Shown here piece after piece: positions 1 to 14,000 of a stretch of 64,000 bases of DNA (positions are counted from its first letter, which is position 1; each line of letters begins with the position of its first letter). A program made the position numbers and the translations under genes. This DNA comes from Candidatus Marinamargulisbacteria bacterium (GTDB lineage Bacteria > Margulisbacteria > Marinamargulisbacteria > UBA817). The notes beneath the pieces are model-generated. The model ran no database searches, was not told where the DNA came from, and saw nothing but the letters and a program-made list of their open reading frames with translations. The DNA is taken from NCBI GenBank assembly GCA_049889215.1, contig JBMHDV010000020.1, forward strand, positions 13,279-77,278. Direction: 5' to 3'.

Positions 1-981
1 ATAAAATGCACCTTTCGGATCATTAATCTCAATTCCTGGGATGGCTTGCAATGTTGTTACCATTAATTTACGGCGAGCATCAAACGTTTGCCGCATATCA
101 TCTAAAACTTTCTGGTCCATTGTAAATGCTTCGATGGCTGCATATTGTGCAATGGATGTTGGATTTGATGTCGTATGTGATTGTAAACGAGCAACGGCTG
201 AGGCAATGGCTTCTGGCGCCGCAAAATAACCTACTCGGTATCCTGTCATTGCATAGGATTTTGACACACCATTGACTAAAATCGTGCGATTTTTAATCGC
301 TTCAGACAAACTAGGCGTTGATACGTGCTGACCATCATAAACCAACTTATCGTAAATCTCATCTGAAATAACCCAAAGATTCTGATCAACCGCCCACTCT
401 GCAATCGCACGTAATTCAGCCTCGGTATAAACAGAGCCGGTTGGGTTGGATGGTGAATTAAGAACAATCGCTTTGGTTGCAGGGGTTAATGCCGCTTTTA
501 GGTCATCAACTGTAACCTTGAAATCAGCCGCAGCATCCGTCTGAACCGTTACCATGGATGCACCGGTCATTTGAATTTGCTCTGGATAACTTACCCAATA
601 CGGCGCAGGAACAATCACTTCATCGCCAGGGTTTAAAATTGCAAAAAAAACATTATGCAAACTATGCTTTGCACCACAAGATACAACAATTTGATTTGGT
701 ACATAATCCAAACCATAATCAGCCTTTAAACGCTGAACAATGGCTGATTTTAATTCTGGCAAGCCAGCGGCAGGCGTGTACTTACTTTTTCCAGATTCAA
801 TGGCGGCAATGGCGGCCTGCTTTATTGGATCTGGCGTATCAAAATCAGGTTCGCCTGCACCAAACCCAATCACGTTCTGCCCCTCTGAACGTAACCGCCC
901 AGCCAACGCCGTAATGCTCATGGTTAAGCTGGGTTCAATTCCAGAAACAATGGTGGATAATTCATTGGATGTTGTTGTCAT
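1..981 (-). CDS. class I (aspartate/aromatic-type) aminotransferase, C-terminus truncated by window edge
   Basis: Reverse-complement translation from the ATG at 981 gives MTTTSNELSTIVSGIEPSLTMSITALAGRLRSEGQNVIGFGAGEPDFDTPD...NGVSKSYAMTGYRVGY...; the GAGEPDF and SKSYAMTG(W/Y)R motifs are hallmarks of the PLP-dependent aminotransferase class I family. The frame stays open to position 1, so it was not listed in the ORF track. Confidence 0.85.
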   Translation of the reverse strand, partial: MTTTSNELSTIVSGIEPSLTMSITALAGRLRSEGQNVIGFGAGEPDFDTPDPIKQAAIAAIESGKSKYTPAAGLPELKSAIVQRLKADYGLDYVPNQIVVSCGAKHSLHNVFFAILNPGDEVIVPAPYWVSYPEQIQMTGASMVTVQTDAAADFKVTVDDLKAALTPATKAIVLNSPSNPTGSVYTEAELRAIAEWAVDQNLWVISDEIYDKLVYDGQHVSTPSLSEAIKNRTILVNGVSKSYAMTGYRVGYFAAPEAIASAVARLQSHTTSNPTSIAQYAAIEAFTMDQKVLDDMRQTFDARRKLMVTTLQAIPGIEINDPKGAFY

Positions 982-986
982 TTTTT

Positions 987-1358
987 CTACCTCACTTTTG
1001 AATGCTGACTTCGAGAAATTATTACTAAGCCAATCATAATTAATACAATGGATACATATCGATTCCATTGGACATCTTCATTTAATAAAAATTCAGAACC
1101 AACGATGATAATAACATAATTTAAACTTAAAAATGGATACATAAATGATAACTGGAACTGACTCATGCCAACGATCCATAACAGCGCTGATAACACAATA
1201 AACCCAACGCCAAAAACAACACCAGGCGATGTTAAAATAAAACGCAAGCTATCCAAGGAAAATGCCATTGAAACACCGTCCACGGATGTCTTAAGTAAAA
1301 ACTCACCAATAACGGTTAGTAAAATAGGTAGAATGATAAATAAAAATTTTTGCTTCAT
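987..1358 (-). CDS. small 4-TM SMR/DMT-family membrane protein (paired with upstream gene; ArnE/ArnF- or EbrAB-like)
   Basis: 123 aa, four hydrophobic segments, overlaps the neighbouring 116-aa paralog by 4 nt; pairs of short SMR-like proteins typically form heterodimeric transporters/flippases. Confidence 0.45.
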   Translation of the reverse strand: MKQKFLFIILPILLTVIGEFLLKTSVDGVSMAFSLDSLRFILTSPGVVFGVGFIVLSALLWIVGMSQFQLSFMYPFLSLNYVIIIVGSEFLLNEDVQWNRYVSIVLIMIGLVIISRSQHSKVR

Positions 1359-1705
1359 CCGAAAATCAACACCACTGAACTCAATAAAATAAACCCAATA
1401 CCAATCATTTTGTTGCGATCCAATGACTCACCAAAAAAGAGCCGGCCACTGACCATAATGCATGCAAAACATATCCCAAATAAAGGGTAAGCAAAACTTA
1501 AATCAAAATGAGACAACACCATTACCCATAAAAAAAAGTTGATCGCCGAAACTACCAGAGCCATCCAAAATGCCCAATGCGAAAACACCAAACGAAACCC
1601 TGCCACAAAATTATGCGATTGAAACGAGACGTTTTTAACGGCCAATTTAAAACAAATATCCATAAAAACTCGGATGGCTAATGCTAAAATCAATATGAGG
1701 TTCAT
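1355..1705 (-). CDS. small 4-TM SMR/DMT-family membrane protein (pair member)
   Basis: 116 aa, four hydrophobic helices, translationally coupled to 987..1358. Confidence 0.45.
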   Translation of the reverse strand: MNLILILALAIRVFMDICFKLAVKNVSFQSHNFVAGFRLVFSHWAFWMALVVSAINFFLWVMVLSHFDLSFAYPLFGICFACIMVSGRLFFGESLDRNKMIGIGFILLSSVVLIFG

Positions 1706-1739
1706 GCCAGGTCAACTGTACTGGGATTTAAGAAATAAA

Positions 1740-2027
1740 TCAAGCCGAATTGTCTTCATCTTGAGTGTCTGCATTTTTTTTATCGTAAGCATCTTGCAAC
1801 TCTTGCTCGAGTTCACTACGTTTGTATCGATAAATCAGCTCTTTTTGAGCGTCAACCGCCACATCATCCTGCATGGAGGTTTGATGATCACTAAACGCCT
1901 GGTTGGTGCGTTCAAGTTCAGCTTTCATCTTATTTAACCGAAATTGGTATTTTCGGTATTCAACCACCATCATGCCAATAAAGGATATAATCACCACAAT
2001 GCAAAAAATAAAGGTACTTACGGCCAT
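1740..2027 (-). CDS. hypothetical membrane-anchored coiled-coil protein (FtsB/DivIC-like topology)
   Basis: 95 aa; N-terminal TM helix (VSTFIFCIVVIISFIGMMVV) followed by a charged heptad-like region and an acidic tail. Assignment by topology only. Confidence 0.35.
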   Translation of the reverse strand: MAVSTFIFCIVVIISFIGMMVVEYRKYQFRLNKMKAELERTNQAFSDHQTSMQDDVAVDAQKELIYRYKRSELEQELQDAYDKKNADTQDEDNSA

Positions 2028-2053
2028 AATATTAGTGTAACAAACGCAGCAAC

Positions 2054-5000
2054 TTATGTACCAATACTTAACGATCCACTGACATGGGAAACGGACATTG
2101 ATGATGTTCGCTCATATTCAAAGTTTCGAGCATACTTCGCATAGCTTCTTAAAAAGTCCGCCCACTCATACGCACTTAATTCTTTTTCCAACTTCTGAAC
2201 TTTTAATGCTTTTAACATTTCTTGACGATAGGCCATTTGGAAGTTTCTTGGTCGCGTAGCATGTTCAAGCACCCTCTTTATTGATGGAACATTGTTTTTA
2301 CTAGTGAATTTTAATAATTGCTCACGTTGATTATGAGACATAAGGGTCTCGCACTTTAAAGAGAATTGGGAAAGTCCGTTTGGCGATTTAATTATCGTTT
2401 TAATAACGCCCTCCATCAGCTTTAACGATTTAGCAGAGGTCGAATGTGACGCCATAGAAACAAACATATGCGCAAATAATGCACTGTTCTTTGCAGGGTT
2501 ACAAGCACCGATCAATTTTTCCCACCGTGTATGATGAGCACGGGCTGAATATGAGGTAGATTTTTCCTTAAATCGATAAAAAAGCCCTTGCCAAGACCCT
2601 TTTTTAAAGTAGTGGGCTAACTCAGCATAAAACATATCTTTTTCACGAGACGATAACTGCGCTGTAAATGAGTCAATTTTCGCAACCATTTTAAGTCCAT
2701 ATTCAGAATCACTTTTACGTTCTGACTTTAACAATTGGCCAATAATAAATTGAACCAAAAATGATTGTTGACTGCGTGACTGATTGGCATTATTTGAAAA
2801 AAGAAGATGTTTTAATGCCATTGCATTCGTTGTATTCAACTTAATTCCCTTAAATATAACATCCAAAAAGGACCGCAAACTCTGTTTACCAATCAATGAC
2901 TTTGTTTCAAAATAACTATCCACCTGTAATATATTTTGATGTTGATTCATAAACCCATCTCGAAAGCCTTGCAACACATCTTTTTGCAATTGGGTCAGTT
3001 CTTTTGATTGGAAAGAATTACCCAAAATAAACGTCATCACAGGCTCATCATTGCGGAAAAGCCCTGCCATTCGAGTATGATTAACCGCCTTTAGGTGTCG
3101 AAAAAACTTTCGTTGAAAATCTGGCTGAGTCGGGTCTTTTACAGCAATATCATACATCTTATGCCCAAGTGCATGATTATCATTCGACCCAATGCACTTA
3201 TCAAGCAATTGAAATAATTGTTGCTGACCATTGGGTTGCTGCAATCCTGCCATCACCGTTGCGTCAAAACGACTCGGGTCATCCTTAACTAATTTATTAA
3301 GGTTACTCATGTCTAAATCATCAAACTTTACCACATCTAAATCATCATCATGTGTGACTTGACGCTTTAATCCTTTAATAAACGTATCCCCATATGCTAG
3401 CCCTCTAGGTAGTTGTGCCAAATAATCTTGAATCGCCGTTTGGCCAATAAAGCGCTTTAATTTGTAAAACTGACAAAATGGGTTTTCTTTAGTTGACGTA
3501 TAATGAAGCAACAATAATACGGTTTCCTTTTGACTCGAATCCAAATGAATAGAATGATCCAGCAATTCATTAATAAAAGAAAGCGTCACTTTTTGACATT
3601 CTGGCGTTGATGCATGACGCGACACAGTTTGATACAACGGCTTTAAAACATCCAACATTCGAGACGCACTTGCCAATTGATGATGTCCAACAAACTGGGT
3701 AAATTGCTGAACCATACTAACATAAGCGGCCTGTTGTTGCCCCTTAGGAATCAATGAAAACTGCGTTAAAATTTCTGACACAGGACGATAATCATGATGG
3801 GTTTCCCTTAAAACTGAACTGGCAACCAATGACTGAACACGGGCCCCCATTTGCTGCTGAGCAACAATATTTTTTTCTGTGTTGGTATCAGCTTTAAAAA
3901 ATGACGCATCGATAGGTAAAAACGTATCCTCAAATAATTGAGAATAGTCATTGGACATCGCATGGTTAAAAACTTCGTGGATCAAATCTGTATTTTCTTT
4001 TAACCAATTCGATAACTCCCAATGACGCATACTCGGCATCTCTGCTGAAGAGATATCGTTGAACAAATTAAATTTTGATTTAACTTGATCTTTAAACATC
4101 TTCTTTCGCTCATCTTCCTCCTTAACAACACCATCTTGCCCTGGCTCATTCCCCAAAGAGACCTTTAAAAACTTGGTAAATTCAGCCAACTTATCCTTTA
4201 ATTCCTCTGCTTGAATATGAGTTTCATTTCGACGTATCCGTTGGGATGTCGCTGCAATATCAAATTGAGTTGTCATGGATGGGTTATTATGAACAAACTG
4301 ATGCAACGCTACAGAATCTGCTTGGATCATCTTCTTCAATTGATGCTTATTTGTATCCTGATAATTGGCACCGCCGACTCGATATGGATCACTGTAAACC
4401 AAACCAAATGGATCATGGTCCTTAAAATAAAATAGCTCAAGTTGTGCATGTTCAAGGGAATCTCTTTTATTGGTTTGTTCCAATCCTTGTGGATCTTGAG
4501 AGTCAGAATTCGCCAAAGGCTCAATAATTGAAGACGCTTCCGCCACAGATTGAGAGCTGCTCTGTCCAGGCTGTTCATCATTTAAAGATGGAAAAGAAAC
4601 CGATGAAACCGGCTCATTCACTTCATTGGAATGAGTATTCACCTGCGATGGAGAAGACACCATGCGATGATCCTGAGTTGATACCGGCATATCAAGTGAA
4701 TCATGTGAACTTGGAGATGTAGGTCCTGGTGGAGTTAAACCATCATCACCTTGCAAAGGATTTGGTTGCGGCTGGCTATTTTGGTTTGAACTGAATACCC
4801 CCTCATTAACACTCACCTCATTATGCTCAGCTTCCTGGACAGTTATTTCCGGCCCTTCCTCTCGATTTGGATTAAACCCACCCTCTTCAATCGTCATTGT
4901 GTTAAAGACACCTGGCTCAACAGTTATTCCCGGCCCTTCCTCTCGATTTGGATTAAATCCACCCTCTTCAATCGTCATTGTGTTAAAGACACCTGGCTCA

Positions 5001-8000
5001 ACAGTTATTCCCGGCCCTTCCTCTCGATTTAGATTAAATCTACCCTCTTCAATCGTCATTGTGTTAAAGGCACCTTCTTGAACTGATTCAGACAAATGAT
5101 CCACCATGGGACGCTTCGGCAGCTGTGTTCGAAACCGTTCCGTTTGAATAAGGGTCCGACGTTCGGTTGGCGATAATGATTTATAGGTGTGATCTGTATA
5201 ACCAAATAAATAAAAAATGGCTTTTTCTAGTTCCGGTTGTGCAAATGGTTGATCGACAGAGTTAGAAAGCGCATGATTGATGGTCGTAAACACATCACGC
5301 TTGTCGTCTTGACTTAAATTTGAAAAAAATCGCTGACCAGCTGTATCATCTTGAATTAACACTAAATTTAAAAACCGACATTGATCGTCAAACGACATGG
5401 ATTTATACAGTTTTGGCAAAACAGAACCATCAATCAACCAATTGGTTAATGATGCCAGTGGTGTTACATACTGCGTTAACGCTGATTTCATCTTTTTATT
5501 TTCAGCATTAACCAGCGCATCCATGACATTAACAGCGAGATCCGGTTGGAACTCCAACATCTCTGGCAAGAAACTTAATTGCGCATCAATATCCAACATC
5601 TGAGCAGCTACCGAAGAGTCAGTAGCATCACTTACTTCTATCCCTGAGTTAGTGGCACCCGTTGTTATTCCAGCCACCGACTGACTTGAATTCAAGTCGT
5701 CGTCGGATGCGTCTTTCACCGAAACATCTGGGTTACCTTGTGAATTCGTCGACGGCTGGAAATGACTTTCTCGTGAAAACATAAAGTTGTCCAATAATCG
5801 TGCAGGAACTGTCGCTAAAATATCACGCACTTGTTTTCGATCATTCGTTGTATGAGCCTCATTTAAAATTGCAACAACAACTGGGCCAACCGTTTGTCTA
5901 ATCGCATCAATATCAACCGTCCCCCACGCCAACTGGTGCCAATCGATTTCTTTTAATTTAGTATACAGATCCTTTGACGGCATTGGTTTGCCCCAAAGCA
6001 CCAATTGAACCTCATCTGAATCAGTTTGAACATTCATTGTAGTAGGATCATTTAACTGATCCACAATCAGACTATAGTTCTTATATTGATCAATCGGACG
6101 CTTCTCTGGGGATGAGCGTTTATTTTCACTTGATGATAAGACAGCTTTAAACTCCGAATTTAAATACACACCATGCCGCTGAAAATCCTGTGGAGTTAAC
6201 GCGCTTAAATGAGGCTTTAATCGCTGCTTAAACTGTTTGGCCAAGGATGAATAACCATCTTCCAATGACATTACAAACTGCGCAAGGCCAACCAAACGAG
6301 CCTTTTGTTCTTGCTTATTGGGCTGCTGATCCACCGCTGCCAGTGTTGCATTAAACCGATCAATCAGACGTGACCGATATTGATACCGCCACCCCAATTG
6401 CCGACTCAACGTTGTTGGCGAAAAGGGGCCTGAACCCAATGTGTGGACGGCTGTTTTTCGATCGTACTTTAACGCCTCATTCAACGATTTTGCCATGGTT
6501 TTTGACCGTTCAGGGGACGATAACCAATCATGCATAAATGTTGCCGCAGGGTCTGTCTTTGAACTAAAAAACTCCATCCCGTGCAACAACCGTCGTGCAG
6601 CCTTACCATTGCCCATCTGAAATGCTAAATCAATGATCCCATCACTCCCATTTAACATCACATCCATTTGCTGAGCTTTTGTTAAACTTAACGATCGAAC
6701 CAACGCATAAATTGATTTAGCGCCCCCTTGATTCACAGCCAATAAACGCTTTGCAAAATCCTGGGTTTGTTGTTTAACTTCATCACGTTCACTGATGGAA
6801 TGACTAAGTGCATCTTTAAAAAAGGAGACAATTTCTTCATGACGCTTCCCTTGATGATGGGACATTCGGGTAAATAACTGTGCTAAATTTTGATGCACTC
6901 GAATATCATTTGTTTTTAAGGTTTCCTGCAGGTATGCCAATGACTTACGTAATTGAATATCGTCTTGCTTGTTATCCGCTGCTTTAAATGGATTTAGGTG
7001 AACCACCGTTGCTGCAGTTGCATAAACAGCAAAATGTTGAATATTTTGAGACAACTTACTTAACGGTGCCATTTGAGGATTCAGCATTCGATGAAAAAAT
7101 CGTGACAATTTACTACTGCTTTGTGAATAGTCATCGACTTGATTGGAAATCTTGACCATTTCATCCAACGAAGCAGAGATCCGTTGCAGCAAATCCAATT
7201 GATCCATCTGAACAATCACGTCGTTGTTTTGGCGAGAAAGGTTGATTTTATGCAAGGCTTGAATATCCGCCGAGAGCGTCTTCATTTCCTTAGTAAATTG
7301 GCCAGACAAACGCTCACCACCATACCGAACCACCTGCTTATTTAAACGCCGAATGGCTTGCCAGACGCTGGCTGTTTGTTCAAGCTGGCCCAATGACCCA
7401 GAAAACTCTTTTGTTGACTTGCGAGAGAATACAGATGCAATCGATCGTCCAAGATTTTGGATAAAATTCAACTGAACCGGCTGTGCACCAACCGTTGAGG
7501 GATCCGTTAAATAAGCAGAAACCACAGCCAACGAACGCTGCGCCTTTACGCCATCATTGGTCATAATGGCCTTTGCCAAGCCATCCGCTTGATTGGCCAC
7601 CAATTGGCCATCCGAACGCAAATGGAGCTTGCCCTGATTTTGAGCTGACTTGGACCAGGAATCCACCAGGTTTCTAACTGCCTTTGAAAAGAAACCATCA
7701 AAGTACTTAATTTTAGTCACTAAATCAGCATTCACTTTTTGCTTTGCCTTTTTAATATTAGAAACATACATCATGCGTTCCACCGTAGAACCAGCAACCA
7801 TTTTATTGGCATAGTCTCCTTCAGCTGAGGCCATCACCGCGGCCTGTTTTGCAGCTAGGTCACTGCGTCGAACCGCAGATGCACCCACCCGCAACAGATC
7901 CTCAAAGAAGTTTAAGGCATTATAAAAAACGTTATCCAAAAACTTGGTTGACCAATCGCGTGTCTTTGCAGCATCCACCTGCAACGACGACGACCGTTGT

Positions 8001-11000
8001 TGGGCCCGATAATTTGAATACTGGCTTAATCCCTTCACAACGCCAACTTTAATAAATTGTTGAAATGTCTCAAATCGTTCTTTTTGAATGGCATTAAATA
8101 CACCAACCACTTCACCAGCCAGCGAATATCGATTGCCAAGGTTCTTCATCATCAACGATTTTTTTAAACTCATTAATGAACGTAAACCGCCCGCATATCC
8201 AAGGGACGTGGTCACCGCGCCCAAGTCATCCGCAATTGCCTGATACGCGTCAGCTACCGACTGACCGGCTTTTAACATGGCATCCCATTTGGCAAAAAGT
8301 TGCTTTAACAGCATATGCTGATACGCATTATGCAACCAATTGACACTTTGATATCCCAAACCTATGGCATTTCCTACCCCCGTATTGTTGTAAGCTGAAT
8401 CAAAAATCATATTCTCTTGCTGTGTTGAAAATGCCAAATAATTGGATTCAAATTCACTAGCCGCAGCTAGTGACTGACCCGAATACGGCATGGATGTTCG
8501 GCCAGCCGCCTGTTTTTTTGATGATGAATCAACATCTAATAATTGGTCAGACAATTTATTTTCAACCACACCACCACGAAAATTAATGTAACTTAACATG
8601 ATCCCTTGGAACATGTTGGCAAAGGCTTTCACCATAATAATATCAAGCAATCCAACCGATGCTTTAGCAAATAACTTTGCACCAAAATACAACCCAAAAA
8701 AGATACCTTCATACGTGACTCGCTCAACGCGACGCATGGCATTAAACTTACTATTATTTAACGATACCGCCGTTGACTGCATGGATTGAATCCGTCCCAA
8801 CTCTTCGACGTCATGGGTAACTTCACGTTCAATCACTTGAATTAAATTGCCAAAACCATCCCCGGAAACTTGGCCATCTCCACGCACTGATTTAGTCAAC
8901 GAAGAAATGTAGTTTTTGATGGCCATCATGCGCATAACCGTCAAAATAGATGTCATGCCCAACTCAATAATTTGAGTTCGCTTTGCATTAAACGCGTTAT
9001 AATCCACCGACTGTAAATGATTGGAAAACAACGATAACGACTGACCTTGCTTTAATGGCGGAATCTCAGCTGCCTCTTTTAATAGGTTGAAAGCACCTTT
9101 CCGATAATCCGCCAACGGCTGGTTAGAAAACCGGGAATCTGAAAACAAACCACCAGTTGAGGCACTGACTGTTGGTGCATATGCCGCTGTGTATCGGGCA
9201 TTGGATAAATGTTGAAGATACCCTTCCTTCTGAAAATTATTGGTCCGTATGTATTCCTCAGAATAAGGGTTATTACCAAACCAATTGTAATGCAATGCAT
9301 ACACTTCAAAAATATTAATCGTGGAATCAATTAACTGGCCAAACTTTGGCAGTGCCATCATTGGGGCAATACCGACAGATTTAAAGATGGAGTCTGTAAA
9401 TCGCTCAACACGTGTTTTATCAACATTCACATTATGATTGGTGGCTGACTCGTAATGCGATAATAAATGATCATACAATTGCACATCAACGCCCACCAAA
9501 CCAAAACTTGTTTCGAATATCTTTTGTAAATTTGATGCCACTTTTGCTTTTTGTTGGTTTCCAACCTGAGCACCTAAGGTTGCAATGGTATCGGTAATTA
9601 TCGTAACCAATTGATACATAAACCGTAAGCGTTCCTGAAACAACCGAATATGGTCCTTATGCTGACCAATATTGTACTGGTTTAGCATCACTCGTTTTGA
9701 GCTGGTATCCATTGATAAAAAAGGATCCTTCAAATCAATGCCCAATGCACGCCCTTGTGAAATCAGGCCAGTATTATCTGCCCCATTCAAGGTTTGCTGG
9801 TATCCTGTCATTAAACGTAAAATTCGACTCGAAAAATCCATCGAAAATTGCGCTGAAGGCGCCGATGATTGACCAGAACTTGCGGTTTGAAATAATGGTA
9901 ATTGTTGAGTCGAAGATGCACCAGCGGCTGTTGTTAAACGCTTTGGCACCACATAATGATTACCATTAAAATCTCTTATGTGACCGGCATGAACCAATTC
10001 ATTAAATAATCCTTGCCGATCCGCAGGCGCCGATAAGAAAGATAGGTCATTAACTGTAATTGGGGTTGTGCGAGGATGGGTTTTTAATAATGCATCAACA
10101 TCTTGTTGTTGGGCCAAATACTTGGATGACAATGGCAGTTTATAAATAACGGATTGTTGTGTCAGCTGATTACTGGATTGAACAGTGTCACCCAATTCTT
10201 GCTTCATTTGATCCTTAATATCATCGGGTGAACCATCAATAAGCGGATCTGTTCCCGATTGACCTTGGTTACGCAAGCGTTGAATAATCGCATCTCGATC
10301 TGGCGCAAACACATCACCCAATATTTGCGACGAGAAATGACCTAAAATACCCATTATATTCGTGGCTACATTGTGGCCAGTCGAACCGGGTAAAAACGCC
10401 ATAATCAATGGCTTTAGACCCGTCGAAACCAATGTCCCCACACTTTCACCCATAAAGTCAGCCAAAGGATTATCTTTGCCTGAAATATTCACAGTAAAGG
10501 TGTCAAACATTAACTCAATCGCGTCTTTTGTATGGGATGCAATAATCTCTTCATCAGACATCGACGAATCGGTTTGGAACCGATTTTCAAACATTGATCC
10601 ATCACTAAAGTCAGGAATAAATAAATCAAAAAATTCATCTGGGATCACTGTTCCCATAATGGTTCCTAAATCTTCGATTAATGACCCACCCATGGCAGAT
10701 AAATCATCCAAAAACGAATCGGTTTTTAAGCCCAACTCAGCGGGTGAATGAATGGTTGTTCCCGTTGATGTGTATGAAAACACATCCTCAACATTATAGG
10801 TTGCCTGATACTCCGCCAATGGCATCAGTTGACCAGACACCAACGATGGATCCAATACCATGGTCTGACCATCCATTGGAATGGTCATATACACATGCCC
10901 CTCACGTTGCCCATCAATCGTAACATATGCGGCATGCGACTGTGGCTTCAAGTCAGTTAAACCAGCCTCGTTAAAGGCCGCCAATAATAGGCTATGCTCC

Positions 11001-14000
11001 AAATGAACAAGGTCTTCACAATCCCCACTCAAGCGCTTAGCAACATCACCAACCGGTGCCCAGTCATCCTCAGCACCATCAGAAATATAGGTGGTTTTTG
11101 CTGCCATAAACGAATGAATCGTTTGAATAATTTCAACTGGATCAGTTGGAACCCCAGCGGGAAAACAGGCATCATGAAGCAACGCTTGAACCGCCGGATC
11201 AGACGGATTAATGTAAGTATGTGCATTGGTGTAATCCACAACGGATCTTGGCATAACATCTGTTGGAACCGTTTGAGTGGCACTGGTAGCAAAACCTGTT
11301 GAATCAAGCCCAGGCATGTTGGTTTGAAACGTATCCTCAACCTGACGCTCCAATTGATTAAACGCACCCACCTCTGCAGACATTTTTTGATGCAAGTCCT
11401 GTTCAAGATGATACCCACGCCACGATTCTGCCAAACTTAAAATGGACGATGCCATGGTTAAAAAGATACCCACAACATGGGTCAGTGGCGTTGGCGTTAA
11501 CATTAATAACGCACCAACAATGCTTGTCCAGGTGGATGTAATATCAAGGCCTCGCAAATACGGGTCTGCCAACTTCACCAAATTTAAACGCAATTTATGC
11601 ATTTCATTGATTCGTTCTGTCATTTGAACCGTACTAGAATGCACGGAAGACAACTGCCGTTCAGCAATCCCAATGTGTGATTCCATTAAATTGGATTGCC
11701 AATCGCCATAATGCGATGACGACGTTGCATTACCGTCCAGCTTTTTAGATAAACTTTCAAACAGCTTACTATACGCTGAAGTTAGCGTCATAAAGACGCG
11801 CCGCGACATGGTCATTAACATAAAGTTTTTACGCGCAACATTAATTAAATCAACATTGGCAATTTGAAACCCTGCACCTGCCTCATCAATGGCCGCTGCA
11901 GCTTGAGACAAGTGCAACGTCTTGCCCGACTGTTTATTCACCATCATGCGCTGCAATTGACGAAACTGCTCGTCTGTTAGTTTTCCTTTTACACTAGCAG
12001 GAACTGCCGCAGTTAAATCGATGGCATGCGATTGAATTTCACTATTGTTATCAATATAACCTAAGCCATTGGGGTTATCATCACTTTTTGGTCCTAACAT
12101 TTGCTTTAAGCGTGTTGTTGTTAGGGTATTCTCGTGATTCTTAATATAGTCGTATCGAATACCATAATGTGAACGAGCCGGATAATAGTTTAATATTCCA
12201 GCATCCACGAGTGCAGTTAATACACCCGCTCGATCCGCGGCTGGAATGGTTGAAAATGTTTCAGCTGTAATTGGCGTGTTTTGCTGTAACACAGTTGATA
12301 ATGCAGCCGAAATTTGAGTTTGGTATTTTTTGTAGTTGCTTGTCTCAGGCAAATCAAAGGTCGGGTTTGACGACTGAAACGGAAGTAAATCCGAGGTTGT
12401 TAAATAACTTTTTTGACCATACGTGTTATGGGTAGACTTAATATCTATTGTGCTAGATAATGCATCAAAATCAATCGAAACTGCATCATCTGACTCTCGT
12501 GCCATTAGGTCCATCACACCATGCAGTTGTTCAGACGTATTAAATCGTTGCATTGAAACAACCCCCACACCGCGCTCAGAAAGCGATTTATGGTCCTGCA
12601 ACTGACGGCGAATATTGGCCTCTAATGCGGCCTTATCTAATGTTGTATTCGGGTAACGGGTCAAAAACTGCTCAAACTGTTCTTGGATCAACGCCTTCAT
12701 TCGAATGGCTTCGTCATCCGTTGGATAAAAATCTTTTAAACCTGGCGCTTGATCAACTTGCGTCGCTGTAAATAACGGCACGGTTGCTAAATCAACGCCC
12801 GCCGAAATCATCCCATGCTCATCAATCACACCATTGGCCATCAAAGCTGACCACAAATGCATGGATGTGATTTGCGTGTTATCCTGCGCTTGATCCCACA
12901 ACATAGACGAAAAGTAAGATGGCATCACATTCGCACCAAACTGAGGAACATCAATCATGGCCAGCTGCATGCTCTTGCGGTTATCGCTTAACATATCGTA
13001 GTAATCTTGCTGCAATTGTGCTTTAAATCGTTCACCACGAATTTGATATTCGTTACCTAAAAATGCATCACCCAACTGTTTATCGACTTTGGCGAATTGC
13101 TCATCAACTTTTGATAATGCTGTTTGATAACGTGATTCATTGGTCTTATCGATGGTGGTTTGGAACATATCCATTAATGAGTTAATGGACTGGTTCAGTC
13201 CACTGGTATACCCATTAAATGACTGAACAATTTTTTGACGCTGTTTTGCAGACGACGATGCTGAAGATGCCCCTTCACCCAATTTTGCAGCGATGCTCGA
13301 TGTCATGTCAGACACACTAAATACAGCCGTTAGAATAGCAGATATTTTCGTTTGCAATGTAAACAATCGCGCCAAATCTTGTTGAAGCTTTTGTTGGTTT
13401 ATTCGTACAAATAAGCTATTGGTATCTGAATTTTTCTGATACCCGCCAATAACATACGGCGACACCGTCTGAAATGCACCTTGTGCATGCCCTGCATAAA
13501 TGGGTGTATTCGGCGCGGTTAAACCATTTAGAACCTGCTCAGATAATGTTTCAAACTCACTAAGCGCCTTGGCCAATGGTTCATTTTGAACATCGGTTGC
13601 TGCTAGTGTCGAAAAATAAAAAGCGCGTTGATTCAATAAATCAACCAGCCGTTGATAATGTGAACCAGACCCTCGCAACTCAAAATACGAGGCCATCTTT
13701 GCCATAATGGCAGGGTCTTTCAAGGCTTCTATTTGAATAACACCAGCAGAATTAATGACACCTGATGTTTCTAACACAAAAAATAAATCATTTTTAGACA
13801 CACGATGCGGGGTTTGGCTAACCGAGTGATAAGTCACCAGAGCCTTGCCATTCAATTGAGCATGAGAACGAATCATGCCCGCTGCCTCTAGTGCATTGTA
13901 AACCACCATTTGAGATACACTTAACTGCGAAAAATCAGACGGCTGCAATGGCTGATTAAAGTTTAAACTATGATTTAAGCGTTCATTAATGGCCAAGCGA

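Noticed and set aside
558-1039. Plus-strand ORFs 558..914 and 740..1039 (118 and 99 aa)
   Set aside because: They lie entirely within, and antisense to, the well-supported aminotransferase gene (1..981, minus strand); they are shadow ORFs with no RBS or motif.
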